Shown: positions 1 to 9,603 of the stretch, in pieces
Layout: each line of letters starts with the position of its first letter
Numbering within the stretch: position 1 is the first letter of the stretch
Source of the DNA: Hydrurus foetidus
Taxonomy: Eukaryota
Direction of reading: 5' to 3'
Length of the DNA: 64,000 bases
Assembly (NCBI GenBank): GCA_900617105.1
Contig: UYFQ01000001.1
Location: 3,782,001 to 3,846,000, forward strand
Position numbers and translations under genes: made by a program
Notes under the pieces: generated by a model
The model's input: the letters and a program-made list of their open reading frames with translations, nothing else
Told to the model about the DNA's origin: nothing
Database searches by the model: none

Positions 1-21
1 GTGCAAGGGGCGAAGTTTCAT
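1..21 (-). CDS. groES: Co-chaperonin GroES, 5' end only (runs off the window)
   Basis: Reverse strand reads ATG AAA CTT CGC CCC TTG CAC = MKLRPLH, the GroES N-terminus; GGAGA SD upstream; CIRCE and sigma32 promoter upstream. Confidence 0.9.
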
Positions 22-112
22 GGTTTCTCCAGTTGTAAAAAGGGTTGTATCAATCAAAAAGCGCCAGCAACAGGGTGCTGAACTTAACGATCTGTCGGGC
101 TGGGGTGCAGTG

Positions 113-139
113 TTAGCACTCAAACCCGTAGAGTGCTAA
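113..139. promoter_or_regulatory. CIRCE element (HrcA operator)
   Basis: Exact TTAGCACTC-N9-GAGTGCTAA. Confidence 0.97.
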
Positions 140-140
140 T

Positions 141-168
141 AATAGGGGCAAACCATGTCAATTTCAAG
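141..168 (-). promoter_or_regulatory. sigma32 (RpoH) heat-shock promoter for groES
   Basis: Minus strand CTTGAAA-N13-CCCCTATT, immediately upstream of CIRCE. Confidence 0.85.
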
Positions 169-282
169 TCTGGGCACCGAAATCGGCCGCAATGATGCGG
201 AATCATGGCTTTTCCGAATACCCAAGCCATCGCGGGTAGATTAAAAACAGAGCTTGCCTTTTTTACACCCACAGGATTTTGA

Positions 283-1275
283 ATGCACTTCGACCCTAGC
301 CACAAGCTTTCTCGCCGCCAAGCGCTTACCGTCACCGCTAGCGCTGCCTTGCTGGCCGCCCCGTGGACGCGCGCGCAAAGCTTTCCAGAGCGCCAGCTCA
401 GCATCGTCGTGCCCGCGCCACCGGGCGGCACGGCAGACATTTCAGCCCGCGCTATTTCTGACCCGCTGGCCAAAGCACTCGGGCAGCCTGTAGCGGTCGA
501 CAACCGCGGCGGTGGCAATGGCGCAGTTGGCGCGCAGGCAGTGCTGGCAGCCCGGCCAGACGGGCACACGCTGCTGATGGCGTACTCGGGATTTCATTGC
601 ATGAGCCCGCATTTGGTCAAGCTGCCGTATGACCCGCTAAAAGACTTGCAGGCCATTGCCAATGTGTACTCAGCCCCGCAAGTGATGGTGGTGCGGTCTA
701 ACTTAGGCATTAAAACCGCGCAAGAATTGATTGCCTACGCCAAGAAGAACCCTGGCAAATTGAACTACGGCAGCTCGGGCAACGGCAGTGTGCAGCACAT
801 CGCTACAGAGCTGTTCAAGCAACTCTCGGGCACTTTTATGACGCATATTCCGTACCGCGGATCTGGCCCCACGATTTCTGATTTGCTGGCCAGCCAAATT
901 GACCTGACGGTAACGACCGCGCCCTCGCTGATGCCGCATATTCAAAGCGGCCGCTTCATACCGCTGGTGGTGGCCGGCCCGCGCCGCCTGGCCAGCTTGC
1001 CTAACGTGCCGACTGGCGCAGAAATTGGCTTGAAAGGCTATGAGGTGGATGCGTGGTTCGCGTTGTACACCCACGCGCAAGCGCCCAAAGCTGCGGTTGA
1101 CCGCGTTGCCAGCGAGGTGCAAAAAATCATGGCTGTGCCCGCCTTTAAAGAGCGCGCCAACAGCCTGGGCGCTGAAGCCAACTTTATGGGCCCGCGTGAC
1201 ATGATGGCCTACGCGCAGGCTGAATACGACAAGTGGGGCAAGGTCATCAAAACCGCCAATATCAAGGCGGATTGA
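283..1275 (+). CDS. Bug/TctC tripartite tricarboxylate transporter substrate-binding protein
   Basis: Tat-like SRRQAL signal; PPGGTAD, YGSSGNGS and HIPYRGSGP motifs. Confidence 0.93.
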   Translation: MHFDPSHKLSRRQALTVTASAALLAAPWTRAQSFPERQLSIVVPAPPGGTADISARAISDPLAKALGQPVAVDNRGGGNGAVGAQAVLAARPDGHTLLMAYSGFHCMSPHLVKLPYDPLKDLQAIANVYSAPQVMVVRSNLGIKTAQELIAYAKKNPGKLNYGSSGNGSVQHIATELFKQLSGTFMTHIPYRGSGPTISDLLASQIDLTVTTAPSLMPHIQSGRFIPLVVAGPRRLASLPNVPTGAEIGLKGYEVDAWFALYTHAQAPKAAVDRVASEVQKIMAVPAFKERANSLGAEANFMGPRDMMAYAQAEYDKWGKVIKTANIKAD

Positions 1276-1300
1276 TCAAAAAAGGCCTGAAACAGGAGTC

Positions 1301-1355
1301 TAAACAAGCTGTAGCCCAATTTATACGGGCGCGAGCAGCTATATAATAAATAGCA
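1301..1355 (+). repeat. Dispersed ~55-bp element, copy 1 (intergenic)
   Basis: taaacaagctgtagcccaatttatacgggcgcgagcagctatataataaatagca; aligns by eye with 10 other copies. Confidence 0.9.
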
Positions 1356-1452
1356 TACTGCCGTGCCTGCAAATGCGCCCATCGCCTACACGCTGCCCTC
1401 AACGCCCAGTCAATAATTCGGTTTTGTTTTTATTGACCTCAGGAGAAAACCC

Positions 1453-1854
1453 ATGATGCAGTACGCTGGCCTTTACCTGGCCGTGTTTTTAACGATGTTT
1501 GTTATTGATGCCGTCTGGCTTGGCGTCATTGCCAAGTCGACTTATGCCAACGCGATGGGCGGCCTGCTAAGCCCCAACCCGAACTTGTGGGCTGCTGCTG
1601 CTTTTTATTTGCTGTTTCCGGTAGGGCTGGTGATATTTGCCGTGTTGCCGCAGGCCGACAGCCCGGTGTGGAAGGCAGCTTTGATGGGCGCGCTGTTCGG
1701 TTTTTTTGCTTATTCAACCTATGACTTGACCAACTTGGCCGTTGTTAAAGACTGGCCGCTGGGCTTGACGTTCATTGACATGGCGTGGGGCACGCTGGTC
1801 AGCGGCATTGCGGCAACGGCGGGCAAGCTGGCGCTGAATTATTTGAATAAGTAA
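1453..1854 (+). CDS. DUF2177-family membrane protein
   Basis: IDAVWLG...Y and GFFAYSTYDLTNLA...W...DMAWG motifs; AGGAG SD. Confidence 0.85.
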   Translation: MMQYAGLYLAVFLTMFVIDAVWLGVIAKSTYANAMGGLLSPNPNLWAAAAFYLLFPVGLVIFAVLPQADSPVWKAALMGALFGFFAYSTYDLTNLAVVKDWPLGLTFIDMAWGTLVSGIAATAGKLALNYLNK

Positions 1855-1881
1855 GGCGCTGCGGTTAGCAACAACCCACGC

Positions 1882-1916
1882 AAAAAATCCGGCAGCCCCC
1901 AAAGGTGCTGCCGGAT
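1882..1916 (-). terminator. Intrinsic terminator between convergent genes
   Basis: ATCCGGCAGC...GCTGCCGGAT stem with T-tract on minus strand. Confidence 0.7.
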
Positions 1917-1941
1917 GATTGAATGTTGAGCCGCCTGCTGA

Positions 1942-1981
1942 TCAAGTCCTCAAGTCCTCAAGCCCTCAGGCGCCCAAGTCT
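1942..1981. repeat. Degenerate 8-bp tandem repeat, (TCAAGTCC) about 5 units
   Basis: tcaagtcc tcaagtcc tcaagccc tcaggcgc ccaagtct. Confidence 0.65.
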
Positions 1982-2003
1982 GCAGAGCCTTCACAACGCC
2001 GCG

Positions 2004-2285
2004 TCAGATCGGGCTGGGCTCAGCCAACTCTTCAGTGGCAAAGGTAATGCTCTCGGTTAGCCGTGGCTCATTGACGTCTGACGTATCGCTGGCAAACAGT
2101 GCCAGCAAATAGTCGACAACGCCCTGCGCGCTGCTTTCTGGGCCAGACGCTTGTGGGGGTGGCCCGCCAGGGTTGCCCACGCCACCGCCGCCGCCGCAAC
2201 CCGCTACCAGGGCTGAAGCAAGTGCTGTGGCAAGGGCTGTACGCAGGGCCGCGCTAACCAGCCATTTTGAATCGAGTTTAGACAT
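2004..2285 (-). CDS. Small putative lipoprotein co-oriented downstream of the DUF4331 gene
   Basis: Signal peptide with lipobox LVAG-C, then GGGGG; AGGAAA SD. Confidence 0.75.
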   Translation of the reverse strand: MSKLDSKWLVSAALRTALATALASALVAGCGGGGGVGNPGGPPPQASGPESSAQGVVDYLLALFASDTSDVNEPRLTESITFATEELAEPSPI

Positions 2286-2312
2286 GGTGTTTCCTTTAAG
2301 TTGTCATTGCGC

Positions 2313-3905
2313 TCAGTAGGTGGCAGAACCGGCGTTGGGGGTGTTCAGGTACGGAAAGCCGGGCAAAAACGGCACCGTGGCCTGGTCAACCGCATCATGA
2401 ATGTTGGCGGCGGTTGCGCCCAACGGCACACTCGATGGCCTGCAGGCAGACGTCAAGCCGGGCACGCCCGGCACGCTGTTGAGTTTGAGCGCATCGTTGT
2501 CGCCGTTAATGATGCACAAGCCGCCCACCGTGGCCACCAGCGCAATGTCGACTACGTCGTCTTTGGGGCGACGGCCATTTGGAAAGCCAGCGTTGTCAGT
2601 GCCGCCCGCCAACGCGTTGCCTGCCACGCCCAGCCGGTTTTGCGTTGCAAACGGCACTGCTGGCACGGCCAGATTCAATCGCAACATTTCAGACGCTTTG
2701 GGGTTGGCAGGCTTGTTCACACCGGTAATGCCGGTCAAAAAGGTCGTGACCAAGTCCGTGCGCGGCAAGTTTTTAGGTGCCACATCAGCGCCCAACACCA
2801 GGCTCAGCAAAGCTGGCAGCGTGGGGTTAGAAACGTAGGTTAAAAACTGGCCATCGTCTTTAGGCTGCGATGCATTGAACTTGTCTTTGTCTGGCAAGCC
2901 AATCACCAGTTCGTTGACCAGCGGGTTGCCCAGGCGCGACACCTGTGTCCACGCGCCACCGGCTTTTTCAACCTTGTCGTTGCCCGAGCCCGGCTTGCCG
3001 TTGATCAAACGGCCTTGGCGCACGCTGGCCGTGGTCCAGCCGCCAATCACGGTCTCTGACCCCGCAGACAAGCAGTCTTTGTGCACTTCAATCGCCATGG
3101 TGGTGACGTTTGATTTTTGAATGATGTGCTTGCCGCCCATGCCAGCCGCGTCTTTGTTGGCGGGGTCCAGCAAAAATGACGCGGGTGCGTTGACCAGGTC
3201 AAACACTGCGCCCAAGTTAACGGCAAAACCTTCCTGGCGTTGCCCGACAAACACCTTGCCCTGGTCTTTGCCTGCCGGGCAGCCCGGAATCGTCACCGTG
3301 TGAATATGTTTGGCCGCGTAGGCGGGGTAGTCGGCAATCGTTTTCGTGCCGATGTTGTCAACCGGTTTTTCAAACGTGGCACTGCCGCCTGTGGTTTTGA
3401 GCATGGCATCGCCGAGGGATTTGCGGCGCTCGCCGCGCACCACTTTCACGTCGTAGGTTTCGTTGACGTTTAAGTTCGCGTCATTCAGGTTGGCAACTGC
3501 ACCGGCCTGAATCAGCGGAATCGGCACGCTGGCCGAGCCAATGGTCAGGGGAATTGATTTCAGGTTGTTTTTAAATCGAAATTGGAAGGTAATGTCTTCC
3601 ACCGCGTCGCCGTTGTTGTCTACGTGTATCTCATACAACGCGTTCGGGTCCATTTGAAAGTAGTTGGGGCCGCCGTACGGTGACTGTAGGGGCTGGTAGT
3701 TGGCCAGCAGCGTGACGTAGTCTGAGCGCCCGCCCGAGCCGTTGGCGGCCACGCCTTCATAGCTGCGAAACATATAAAAGTCAGTACCGTCGACTTTGGG
3801 GCTGCCGGTAATAAAAGGCGCTTCGCGGTGGCTGGACGCCAGCGCGCTACCGGCGGCAACAACTAGCAGGCAAGCTTTTGCAAGCTGCTTTAGGGCAATG
3901 GTCAT
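2313..3905 (-). CDS. DUF4331-family secreted protein
   Basis: Signal peptide then ASSHREAP, QVSRLGNPLVNE and GFPNGRRPxDDVVD; start at MTIALK after AGGAG. Confidence 0.88.
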   Translation of the reverse strand: MTIALKQLAKACLLVVAAGSALASSHREAPFITGSPKVDGTDFYMFRSYEGVAANGSGGRSDYVTLLANYQPLQSPYGGPNYFQMDPNALYEIHVDNNGDAVEDITFQFRFKNNLKSIPLTIGSASVPIPLIQAGAVANLNDANLNVNETYDVKVVRGERRKSLGDAMLKTTGGSATFEKPVDNIGTKTIADYPAYAAKHIHTVTIPGCPAGKDQGKVFVGQRQEGFAVNLGAVFDLVNAPASFLLDPANKDAAGMGGKHIIQKSNVTTMAIEVHKDCLSAGSETVIGGWTTASVRQGRLINGKPGSGNDKVEKAGGAWTQVSRLGNPLVNELVIGLPDKDKFNASQPKDDGQFLTYVSNPTLPALLSLVLGADVAPKNLPRTDLVTTFLTGITGVNKPANPKASEMLRLNLAVPAVPFATQNRLGVAGNALAGGTDNAGFPNGRRPKDDVVDIALVATVGGLCIINGDNDALKLNSVPGVPGLTSACRPSSVPLGATAANIHDAVDQATVPFLPGFPYLNTPNAGSATY

Positions 3906-4176
3906 GTTGAACTCCTGGTTGGAATAAGGCAAATAAACGTACGGCTCTGGCCGCTACTGGTTTACGTGACTTTTTTCTGACTGGATTCAATCTAATTTTT
4001 AAAAACCGTTTTAAGCAGCGCTTTTTTAAAAGACGGGCAAAAGCCTGACGCGTCGGCAAGGCGTGGTCTGAGTTTTTGGCCGATGGGGCTCGCCGCTTTG
4101 CCGAGCTATCAACGAATCAGTGGTTGACTTCAGCTTATGCTGCCGCGGCATGCTGAAACCTTGCCAAATATCAATA

Positions 4177-4231
4177 GAATAGGGCTGCAGCCCAATAAAA
4201 TCAGGCGCAGTAAGCTATAAAAATAAGAGTA
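4177..4231 (+). repeat. Dispersed ~55-bp element, copy 2 (intergenic)
   Basis: gaatagggctgcagcccaataaaatcaggcgcagtaagctataaaaataagagta. Confidence 0.85.
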
Positions 4232-4347
4232 ATTTATAGCGCTGAAAGCGCTTGTCCTACGGCTAAACAAGGCCGTCTCCTACGCGCTCTTTGTGTTACC
4301 TTCAAATTTGGACATTTTTCCGGGTTTTCACTGCATTGTGAGACTTC

Positions 4348-7296
4348 ATGGCAGTTTGCCTAGCCCCTGAATCTGTAAATCCTGTGAATCCTGTGAATCA
4401 ACCAAGCAGCCCCGCGAACGGGAGTAACGAGGCGCCATTGATTCAGCGCCCCGACAAAGAGCTTTTAAAGCCATGGCGCGTTTGCATCATTGACGACAGC
4501 TTGGGCGACCGCGCCCACATCCGCCGAATTCTGTTGGGCGGATCAGAACGGCAGCTGACTTTTGTTGAGGCTGCCACCGCTGCAGGCGGAATCACCGCGG
4601 TACTTGGTGCAGTTCCGCCGCCTGACTGCATCGTGCTGAACTACAACTTGCCGGACATGCTGGCACCCGACGTTTTGGCCGCCGTGGTGGGGCGTGACGG
4701 TATGCCGATCTGCCCGGTAGTGGTGGTGACCAGTGGTGCCAACCGGGACGACGGCCGCCTGGCGCTGCGTGCGGGCGCACAAGACTACATTGCCAAAGAC
4801 TGGACCAACCCCAACAGCCTTTGCCGCGCCGTTGAAAACGCCAGTGAAAGCTGGGCCATGGCGCGTGAACTTCGCCAAAGCAAAGGGGCACTCAGGCTGG
4901 TCACCGACCGCGAAACCTTTCGCAGCGTGTTTGGCGACGCTACGCGTGGCGTGACTGACGAGCATGCGCTTATCCGCGTTGCCTCGCACATGCTGGGTGT
5001 GCATTTGCAAGTCAACCGCGTGATGTACGGCGAGGTCACAGCGGGCGGTGATGTGGTGGTGGGTCAGAGCTATGTCAATGGCGTGCAGCAGATTGAGGGC
5101 AGGCACCGCACGCAAGACTATGGCGAGAAACTACTGACCATTTTCCAGCGGGGTGAAAACCAGGTCGTGCCCGACATGCGAAGCGACAGCGGGTATGCAG
5201 AAAGCGAAAAAGCTGCTTACGCCCACATGAAAATTGTGGCTAATTTGGGCATTCCGATTTTGAAAAACGGGCAACTGGTTGCGGTGCTGGGGGTTCACCA
5301 GGTCACGCCGCGCCACTGGACGCCCGAAGACGTGGCCCTGGCGCGGGAAATAGCCGAGCGCACCTGGTCTGCGGTGGAGCATGTGCGGGCTGAAAGACGA
5401 CTTCATGCCAACGAGCTGCAACTCTCGCAGATACTGGAGATCATGCCGTCTTTCTCGGTTGTGCTGACGGGTTCATCACATGTTTTTCAGCGGGCGAATC
5501 AGGCTTACTTGAACCTGATTGAACGCGGCCCGGAGATCATCGGTAAAACCTTCGTGGAGGTACTGCCCGAGCTGGCTGATCAGGCTTTTCCGGCTTTACT
5601 GGATAAGGTTTACCGCACGGGTGAACCCTTTGAGACCAAGTCGATGTTGGCCAAGCTCCGATTGGGGCCAGACCGGATTTTGATCGATAGGTTTTTTGAT
5701 TTTTCGTATTTGCCATTGCGAGACATCAACGGCAAGGTGTCGGGTATTTTTATGCACGGCGTGGATCGTACAGATGAAGCCAGGGTAACGAAGGGGTTGG
5801 CCCGCCGTGAGCGTGAACTGCGCAGCGTGACCGAGAACACGCCCGATGTGCTCAGCCGGTTTGACCGCCAGTTGCGGCATGTGTTTGTCAACTCAGTCAT
5901 CGAGAAACTCACGGGTCGGCCCGTGGCAGATATTTTGGGTAAAACGCACCGTGAGCTGGGTGTGCCTAAAAAGCTGTCTGACCAATGGGAAAAGGCAATT
6001 CGCTATGTCTTTGACCACCAAAAGCAAACCGTGCTGGAATTTTCATCGCAAACGCAGCACGCCGGCCTGCGCCATTTTTCGTGCCGCCTGGTCCCTGAAT
6101 TCAACGACGAAGGGCACATCGAATCCGTGTTGGGCGTGACGCACGACGTCACCAACCGGCGCGCTTATGAGCAGCGGCTGCTGGAGCAAGATATCCGCAA
6201 AGACGAATTTTTAGCCACGCTGGCACATGAGCTGCGCAACCCGCTGGCGCCGATCCGCACCGGTTTGCAGTTGCTTAAATTTGCGCCACGCTCAGAAGAG
6301 GTAGTTGCCCGCACCCTGCCGGTGATGGAGCGCCAGCTGGGACAACTGGTGCGCCTGGTCGATGACTTGCTGGATGTGTCCCGCATCAGCAGCGGCAAAA
6401 TTGTGCTCAAGCGCGAGCGAATCTCATTTCAGGATATTGCTGCGGCCGCGCTGGAAGCGTCGCGGCCTGCGATTGACGCGGCTGGCCACACGCTGAGCAT
6501 TGACTGGCCAAGCGACGCAGTCTGGCTGGACGCAGACCCGACTCGCATAACTCAAATCTTCAGTAATTTGCTGACCAATTCGGCTAAGTATATGCAGGCC
6601 GGTGGGCACATCACGTTCTCAGCGCGCCAAGAAAATGACAACATCGTGGTTGCAGTGCACGACACGGGCATGGGCATACCTGCTGACATGCTGGCTTTGG
6701 TGTTTGACATGTTTACGCAAATCAACCGCACGCTTGACCGGGCTCAGGGCGGCTTGGGCATTGGCCTGTCGCTGGTTAAAACGCTGGTTGAAATGCACGG
6801 CGGCGCGGTCAGCGCGGCCAGTGGCGGTGTTGACAAGGGCAGTACCTTCACGGTGACGTTGCCGACGGCATTGCCCTTGGTAGTTGAGCCCGCAGCGCCC
6901 CAACGAACAGAGCCGCTGGCACCGCCCGCTAAACACCGAATTCTGGTGGTGGACGACAACATCGACGCCGCCGAGACCATGGTGATGCTGCTGGGCTTGT
7001 CTGGCCACCAGGCGCGCGCTGCCTTTGGTGGACAGGAGGCGCTGGACGCAGCTGTTGAGCTTTGCCCCGACGTGGTGTTTTTGGACATCGGCTTGCCCGG
7101 CATGAACGGCTACGAGGTTGCGCGGCGCTTGCTGGCAAGCCCGGCGACTGCTTCGGCCAAACTGATTGCACTCACCGGTTGGGGCACTGAAGAAGATATC
7201 CGTAAATCAAAAATGGCAGGCTTTCATGCGCACTTGATCAAACCAGTCGATCCGAACGCAGTTGACGAGATATTGGCCCGGTTTTTACCAGCTTGA
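4348..7296 (+). CDS. Hybrid sensor histidine kinase, REC-GAF-PAS-PAS-HisKA-HATPase-REC
   Basis: LAHELRNPLAP H-box, NLLTNSAKY, DTGMGI, GGLGIGL, C-terminal VFLDIGLPGMNG; exact start uncertain. Confidence 0.93.
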   Translation: MAVCLAPESVNPVNPVNQPSSPANGSNEAPLIQRPDKELLKPWRVCIIDDSLGDRAHIRRILLGGSERQLTFVEAATAAGGITAVLGAVPPPDCIVLNYNLPDMLAPDVLAAVVGRDGMPICPVVVVTSGANRDDGRLALRAGAQDYIAKDWTNPNSLCRAVENASESWAMARELRQSKGALRLVTDRETFRSVFGDATRGVTDEHALIRVASHMLGVHLQVNRVMYGEVTAGGDVVVGQSYVNGVQQIEGRHRTQDYGEKLLTIFQRGENQVVPDMRSDSGYAESEKAAYAHMKIVANLGIPILKNGQLVAVLGVHQVTPRHWTPEDVALAREIAERTWSAVEHVRAERRLHANELQLSQILEIMPSFSVVLTGSSHVFQRANQAYLNLIERGPEIIGKTFVEVLPELADQAFPALLDKVYRTGEPFETKSMLAKLRLGPDRILIDRFFDFSYLPLRDINGKVSGIFMHGVDRTDEARVTKGLARRERELRSVTENTPDVLSRFDRQLRHVFVNSVIEKLTGRPVADILGKTHRELGVPKKLSDQWEKAIRYVFDHQKQTVLEFSSQTQHAGLRHFSCRLVPEFNDEGHIESVLGVTHDVTNRRAYEQRLLEQDIRKDEFLATLAHELRNPLAPIRTGLQLLKFAPRSEEVVARTLPVMERQLGQLVRLVDDLLDVSRISSGKIVLKRERISFQDIAAAALEASRPAIDAAGHTLSIDWPSDAVWLDADPTRITQIFSNLLTNSAKYMQAGGHITFSARQENDNIVVAVHDTGMGIPADMLALVFDMFTQINRTLDRAQGGLGIGLSLVKTLVEMHGGAVSAASGGVDKGSTFTVTLPTALPLVVEPAAPQRTEPLAPPAKHRILVVDDNIDAAETMVMLLGLSGHQARAAFGGQEALDAAVELCPDVVFLDIGLPGMNGYEVARRLLASPATASAKLIALTGWGTEEDIRKSKMAGFHAHLIKPVDPNAVDEILARFLPA

Positions 7297-7388
7297 AGTA
7301 CAAGCGTGAAGCAGCGGCTTGTTTATTCTTGACGAATCCGCCGGCTTTCTGCCAAGCCCCACCTGAAGCCTGATCAACTTTTTTACCC

Positions 7389-8123
7389 ATGCCTACTCTT
7401 GCTCCTAGTCATCTGCCTTCTGCGCTTGATGCTGCGCACGCAACCGCATCATCAAGGCCAGAAGGCCTAAACGACCGGCTGGCCGAGGCCGCGCGTTACG
7501 CAGTGCTTCGCCGCTTGATGCCGGTGCTGCGCCACGACGTGGCAGGGGCCATGCAGCCGATTCGCATGCTGCTGATGGTGCTGGAGCGGCGCGTGCAACT
7601 CCCAGAGCCCGACTTGCAGGCCATCGCTAAAAATATTACGTCGCTCAACACCCTGACAAAAGAGGCCACCGCCGACTGCATGAATGCGCTTGAATGGATA
7701 GGCTCAAACCAGGACGCCCAGGTCAGCTTGCGCAGCAGCGTGGACGAAGCCATCAAGTTGCTGGCCATGGAGTTGTCAGCCAACGGGCTAGAACTGGTCA
7801 ACGGCATCACCGACGATTCGGCCACCGCGCCGCAAAGTTTTGTTCGCAGTGTGTTGATGGGCGCGCTGCTGGCGTTTTGTGATCAACGCACCGAGGGTAA
7901 AACGCTGCAAGTTACCTGCGTAGCGGCGGGCAACCAGCAAGCAAGCCAGCTGCAACTGCGCATGCTGGCAGGCGACGCAGGTACACCGCCAGCATCGCTA
8001 GACGTTGTGCGCAAATACCGCCTGATTGATTGGCTAGACGTTGAGGCCATGGCCAAGTCGTTCAGCGCAAACCTGGAACGTGGCGATGGCTGGTTGAAGG
8101 TGGATTTGCCGAAAGTCGAGTGA
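7389..8123 (+). CDS. Histidine-kinase-like protein with H-box but degenerate ATPase domain (possible phosphotransferase)
   Basis: LRHDVAGAMQP helix; no N/G1/G2 boxes visible. Confidence 0.6.
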   Translation: MPTLAPSHLPSALDAAHATASSRPEGLNDRLAEAARYAVLRRLMPVLRHDVAGAMQPIRMLLMVLERRVQLPEPDLQAIAKNITSLNTLTKEATADCMNALEWIGSNQDAQVSLRSSVDEAIKLLAMELSANGLELVNGITDDSATAPQSFVRSVLMGALLAFCDQRTEGKTLQVTCVAAGNQQASQLQLRMLAGDAGTPPASLDVVRKYRLIDWLDVEAMAKSFSANLERGDGWLKVDLPKVE

Positions 8124-8141
8124 CGGTGGCTCCCGTTTTTA

Positions 8142-8243
8142 CTCCCTCCCCTTCCGGGGGAGGGCAGGGGTGGGGGCAAGTGTAGAGACGGTGCTGGCAC
8201 TGGGCGCGCCCTCACCCCAACCCTCTCCCGAAAGGAGAGGGAG
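8142..8243. repeat. Inverted pair of BoxC/CIR-like GC-rich palindromic repeats between convergent genes
   Basis: ctccctccccttccgggggagggcaggggtggggg ... ccctcaccccaaccctctcccgaaaggagagggag. Confidence 0.8.
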
Positions 8244-8258
8244 CAAGGCCCTTAAACC

Positions 8259-9443
8259 TTACAGGCCGGCTGCTGCCTTTAGGGCAGCCGCTTTGTCGGT
8301 CTTTTCCCAAGTAAATTCTGGCTCATCACGACCAAAGTGACCGTATGCCGCCGTTTTCTCATAAATGGGGCGCAGCAAATCGAGCATTTGAATGATGCCT
8401 TTTGGGCGCAGGTCAAAATGCTCTTGCACCAACTCTGACAACTTGTCGTCGCTCATCACGCCGGTGCCTTCGGTGTAGACCGTGACGTTCATTGGCTTGG
8501 CCACGCCAATAGCGTAGGCAACTTGAATCTGGCATTGTTTGGCCAGGCCAGCAGCCACGATGTTTTTAGCAACGTAGCGTGCTGCGTAAGCCGCTGAACG
8601 GTCGACCTTGCTGGGGTCTTTGCCGCTGAAGGCGCCGCCGCCGTGCGGGCAAGCGCCGCCGTAGGTGTCAACAATAATCTTGCGGCCAGTCAAACCGCAA
8701 TCGCCTTGCGGGCCGCCAATCACGAAGCGCCCTGTGGGGTTGATCAGGTATTTGGTGTGCTCGGTCAGCATGTGCTTGGGCAGCACGGGCTTGATGATTT
8801 CCTCGATGATGGCTTCAATGAACGAAGCCTTCATTTTGTGCATCGTCTCGCTTTGGTCCGGGCTGTGCTGGGTAGACAGCACCACGGTGTCGATGCTGTG
8901 CGGCTTGCCGTCAACATAACGCATCGTCACCTGGCTTTTGGCGTCGGGCCGCAAAAACGGCAGGCGGCCGTCTTTGCGCAATTGTGCCTGGCGCTCTACC
9001 AGGCGGTGCGCGTAGTAAATCGGCGCGGGCATCAGCTCTGGCGTTTCATCGCAGGCGTAGCCAAACATCAAGCCCTGGTCGCCTGCGCCAGTGTTTAGAT
9101 GGTCGTCTGACGCATGATCAACGCCCTGAGCGATGTCGTTGCTCTGCTTGTCATAGCAAACCATGACCGCGCAGCCTTTGTAGTCGATGCCGTAGTCGGT
9201 GTTGTCGTAGCCAATGCGTTTGATGGTGTCACGCGCGACCTGAATGTAGTCAACATGCGCGTTGGTGGTGATCTCGCCTGCCAGCACCACCAGGCCGGTG
9301 TTGACCAATGTTTCGGCAGCCACGCGGCTCAGCGGGTCTTGTTTGAGGATCGCATCGAGGATGGCATCAGAGATCTGGTCGGCTACCTTATCGGGGTGGC
9401 CTTCAGAAACAGATTCAGAAGTAAAGAGGAAATCGTTCGCCAT
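8259..9443 (-). CDS. metK: S-adenosylmethionine synthetase
   Basis: [19 protein letters not shown] and GGGAFSGKD; start at MANDF after GGAG. Confidence 0.99.
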   Translation of the reverse strand: MANDFLFTSESVSEGHPDKVADQISDAILDAILKQDPLSRVAAETLVNTGLVVLAGEITTNAHVDYIQVARDTIKRIGYDNTDYGIDYKGCAVMVCYDKQSNDIAQGVDHASDDHLNTGAGDQGLMFGYACDETPELMPAPIYYAHRLVERQAQLRKDGRLPFLRPDAKSQVTMRYVDGKPHSIDTVVLSTQHSPDQSETMHKMKASFIEAIIEEIIKPVLPKHMLTEHTKYLINPTGRFVIGGPQGDCGLTGRKIIVDTYGGACPHGGGAFSGKDPSKVDRSAAYAARYVAKNIVAAGLAKQCQIQVAYAIGVAKPMNVTVYTEGTGVMSDDKLSELVQEHFDLRPKGIIQMLDLLRPIYEKTAAYGHFGRDEPEFTWEKTDKAAALKAAAGL

Positions 9444-9500
9444 GTCAGTACACTCCATAAAGTTTGCTGGGCGCGTTGCCAGCGGAAGTGCTTTGGCGAA

Positions 9501-9556
9501 CGCTTTAGCAGTTTGGTTTAACGTCGCTCTGCAAGTTGTTCAAATAACTCAGCGAC
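9501..9556 (-). ncRNA. SAM-II-class riboswitch in the metK leader
   Basis: GUCGCU...AUUUG...UUGCAG AGCGAC GUUAAA...CUGCUAAAG: P1 plus pseudoknot pairing; TATAAT ends 6 nt upstream. Confidence 0.75.
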
Positions 9557-9603
9557 ATACAGATTATATGGCGCTGCATTGTGTGCGCTTGTTACCTATT
9601 TAA

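Noticed and set aside
4030..4160. GGCAAA-containing stretch upstream of the DUF4331 gene as a c-di-GMP riboswitch
   Set aside because: No convincing P1/P2 stems or GNRA-receptor pattern, and it is on the opposite strand to that gene
4255..4284. TCCTACG direct repeat upstream of the hybrid kinase
   Set aside because: Only two 7-mers; too little to call an operator
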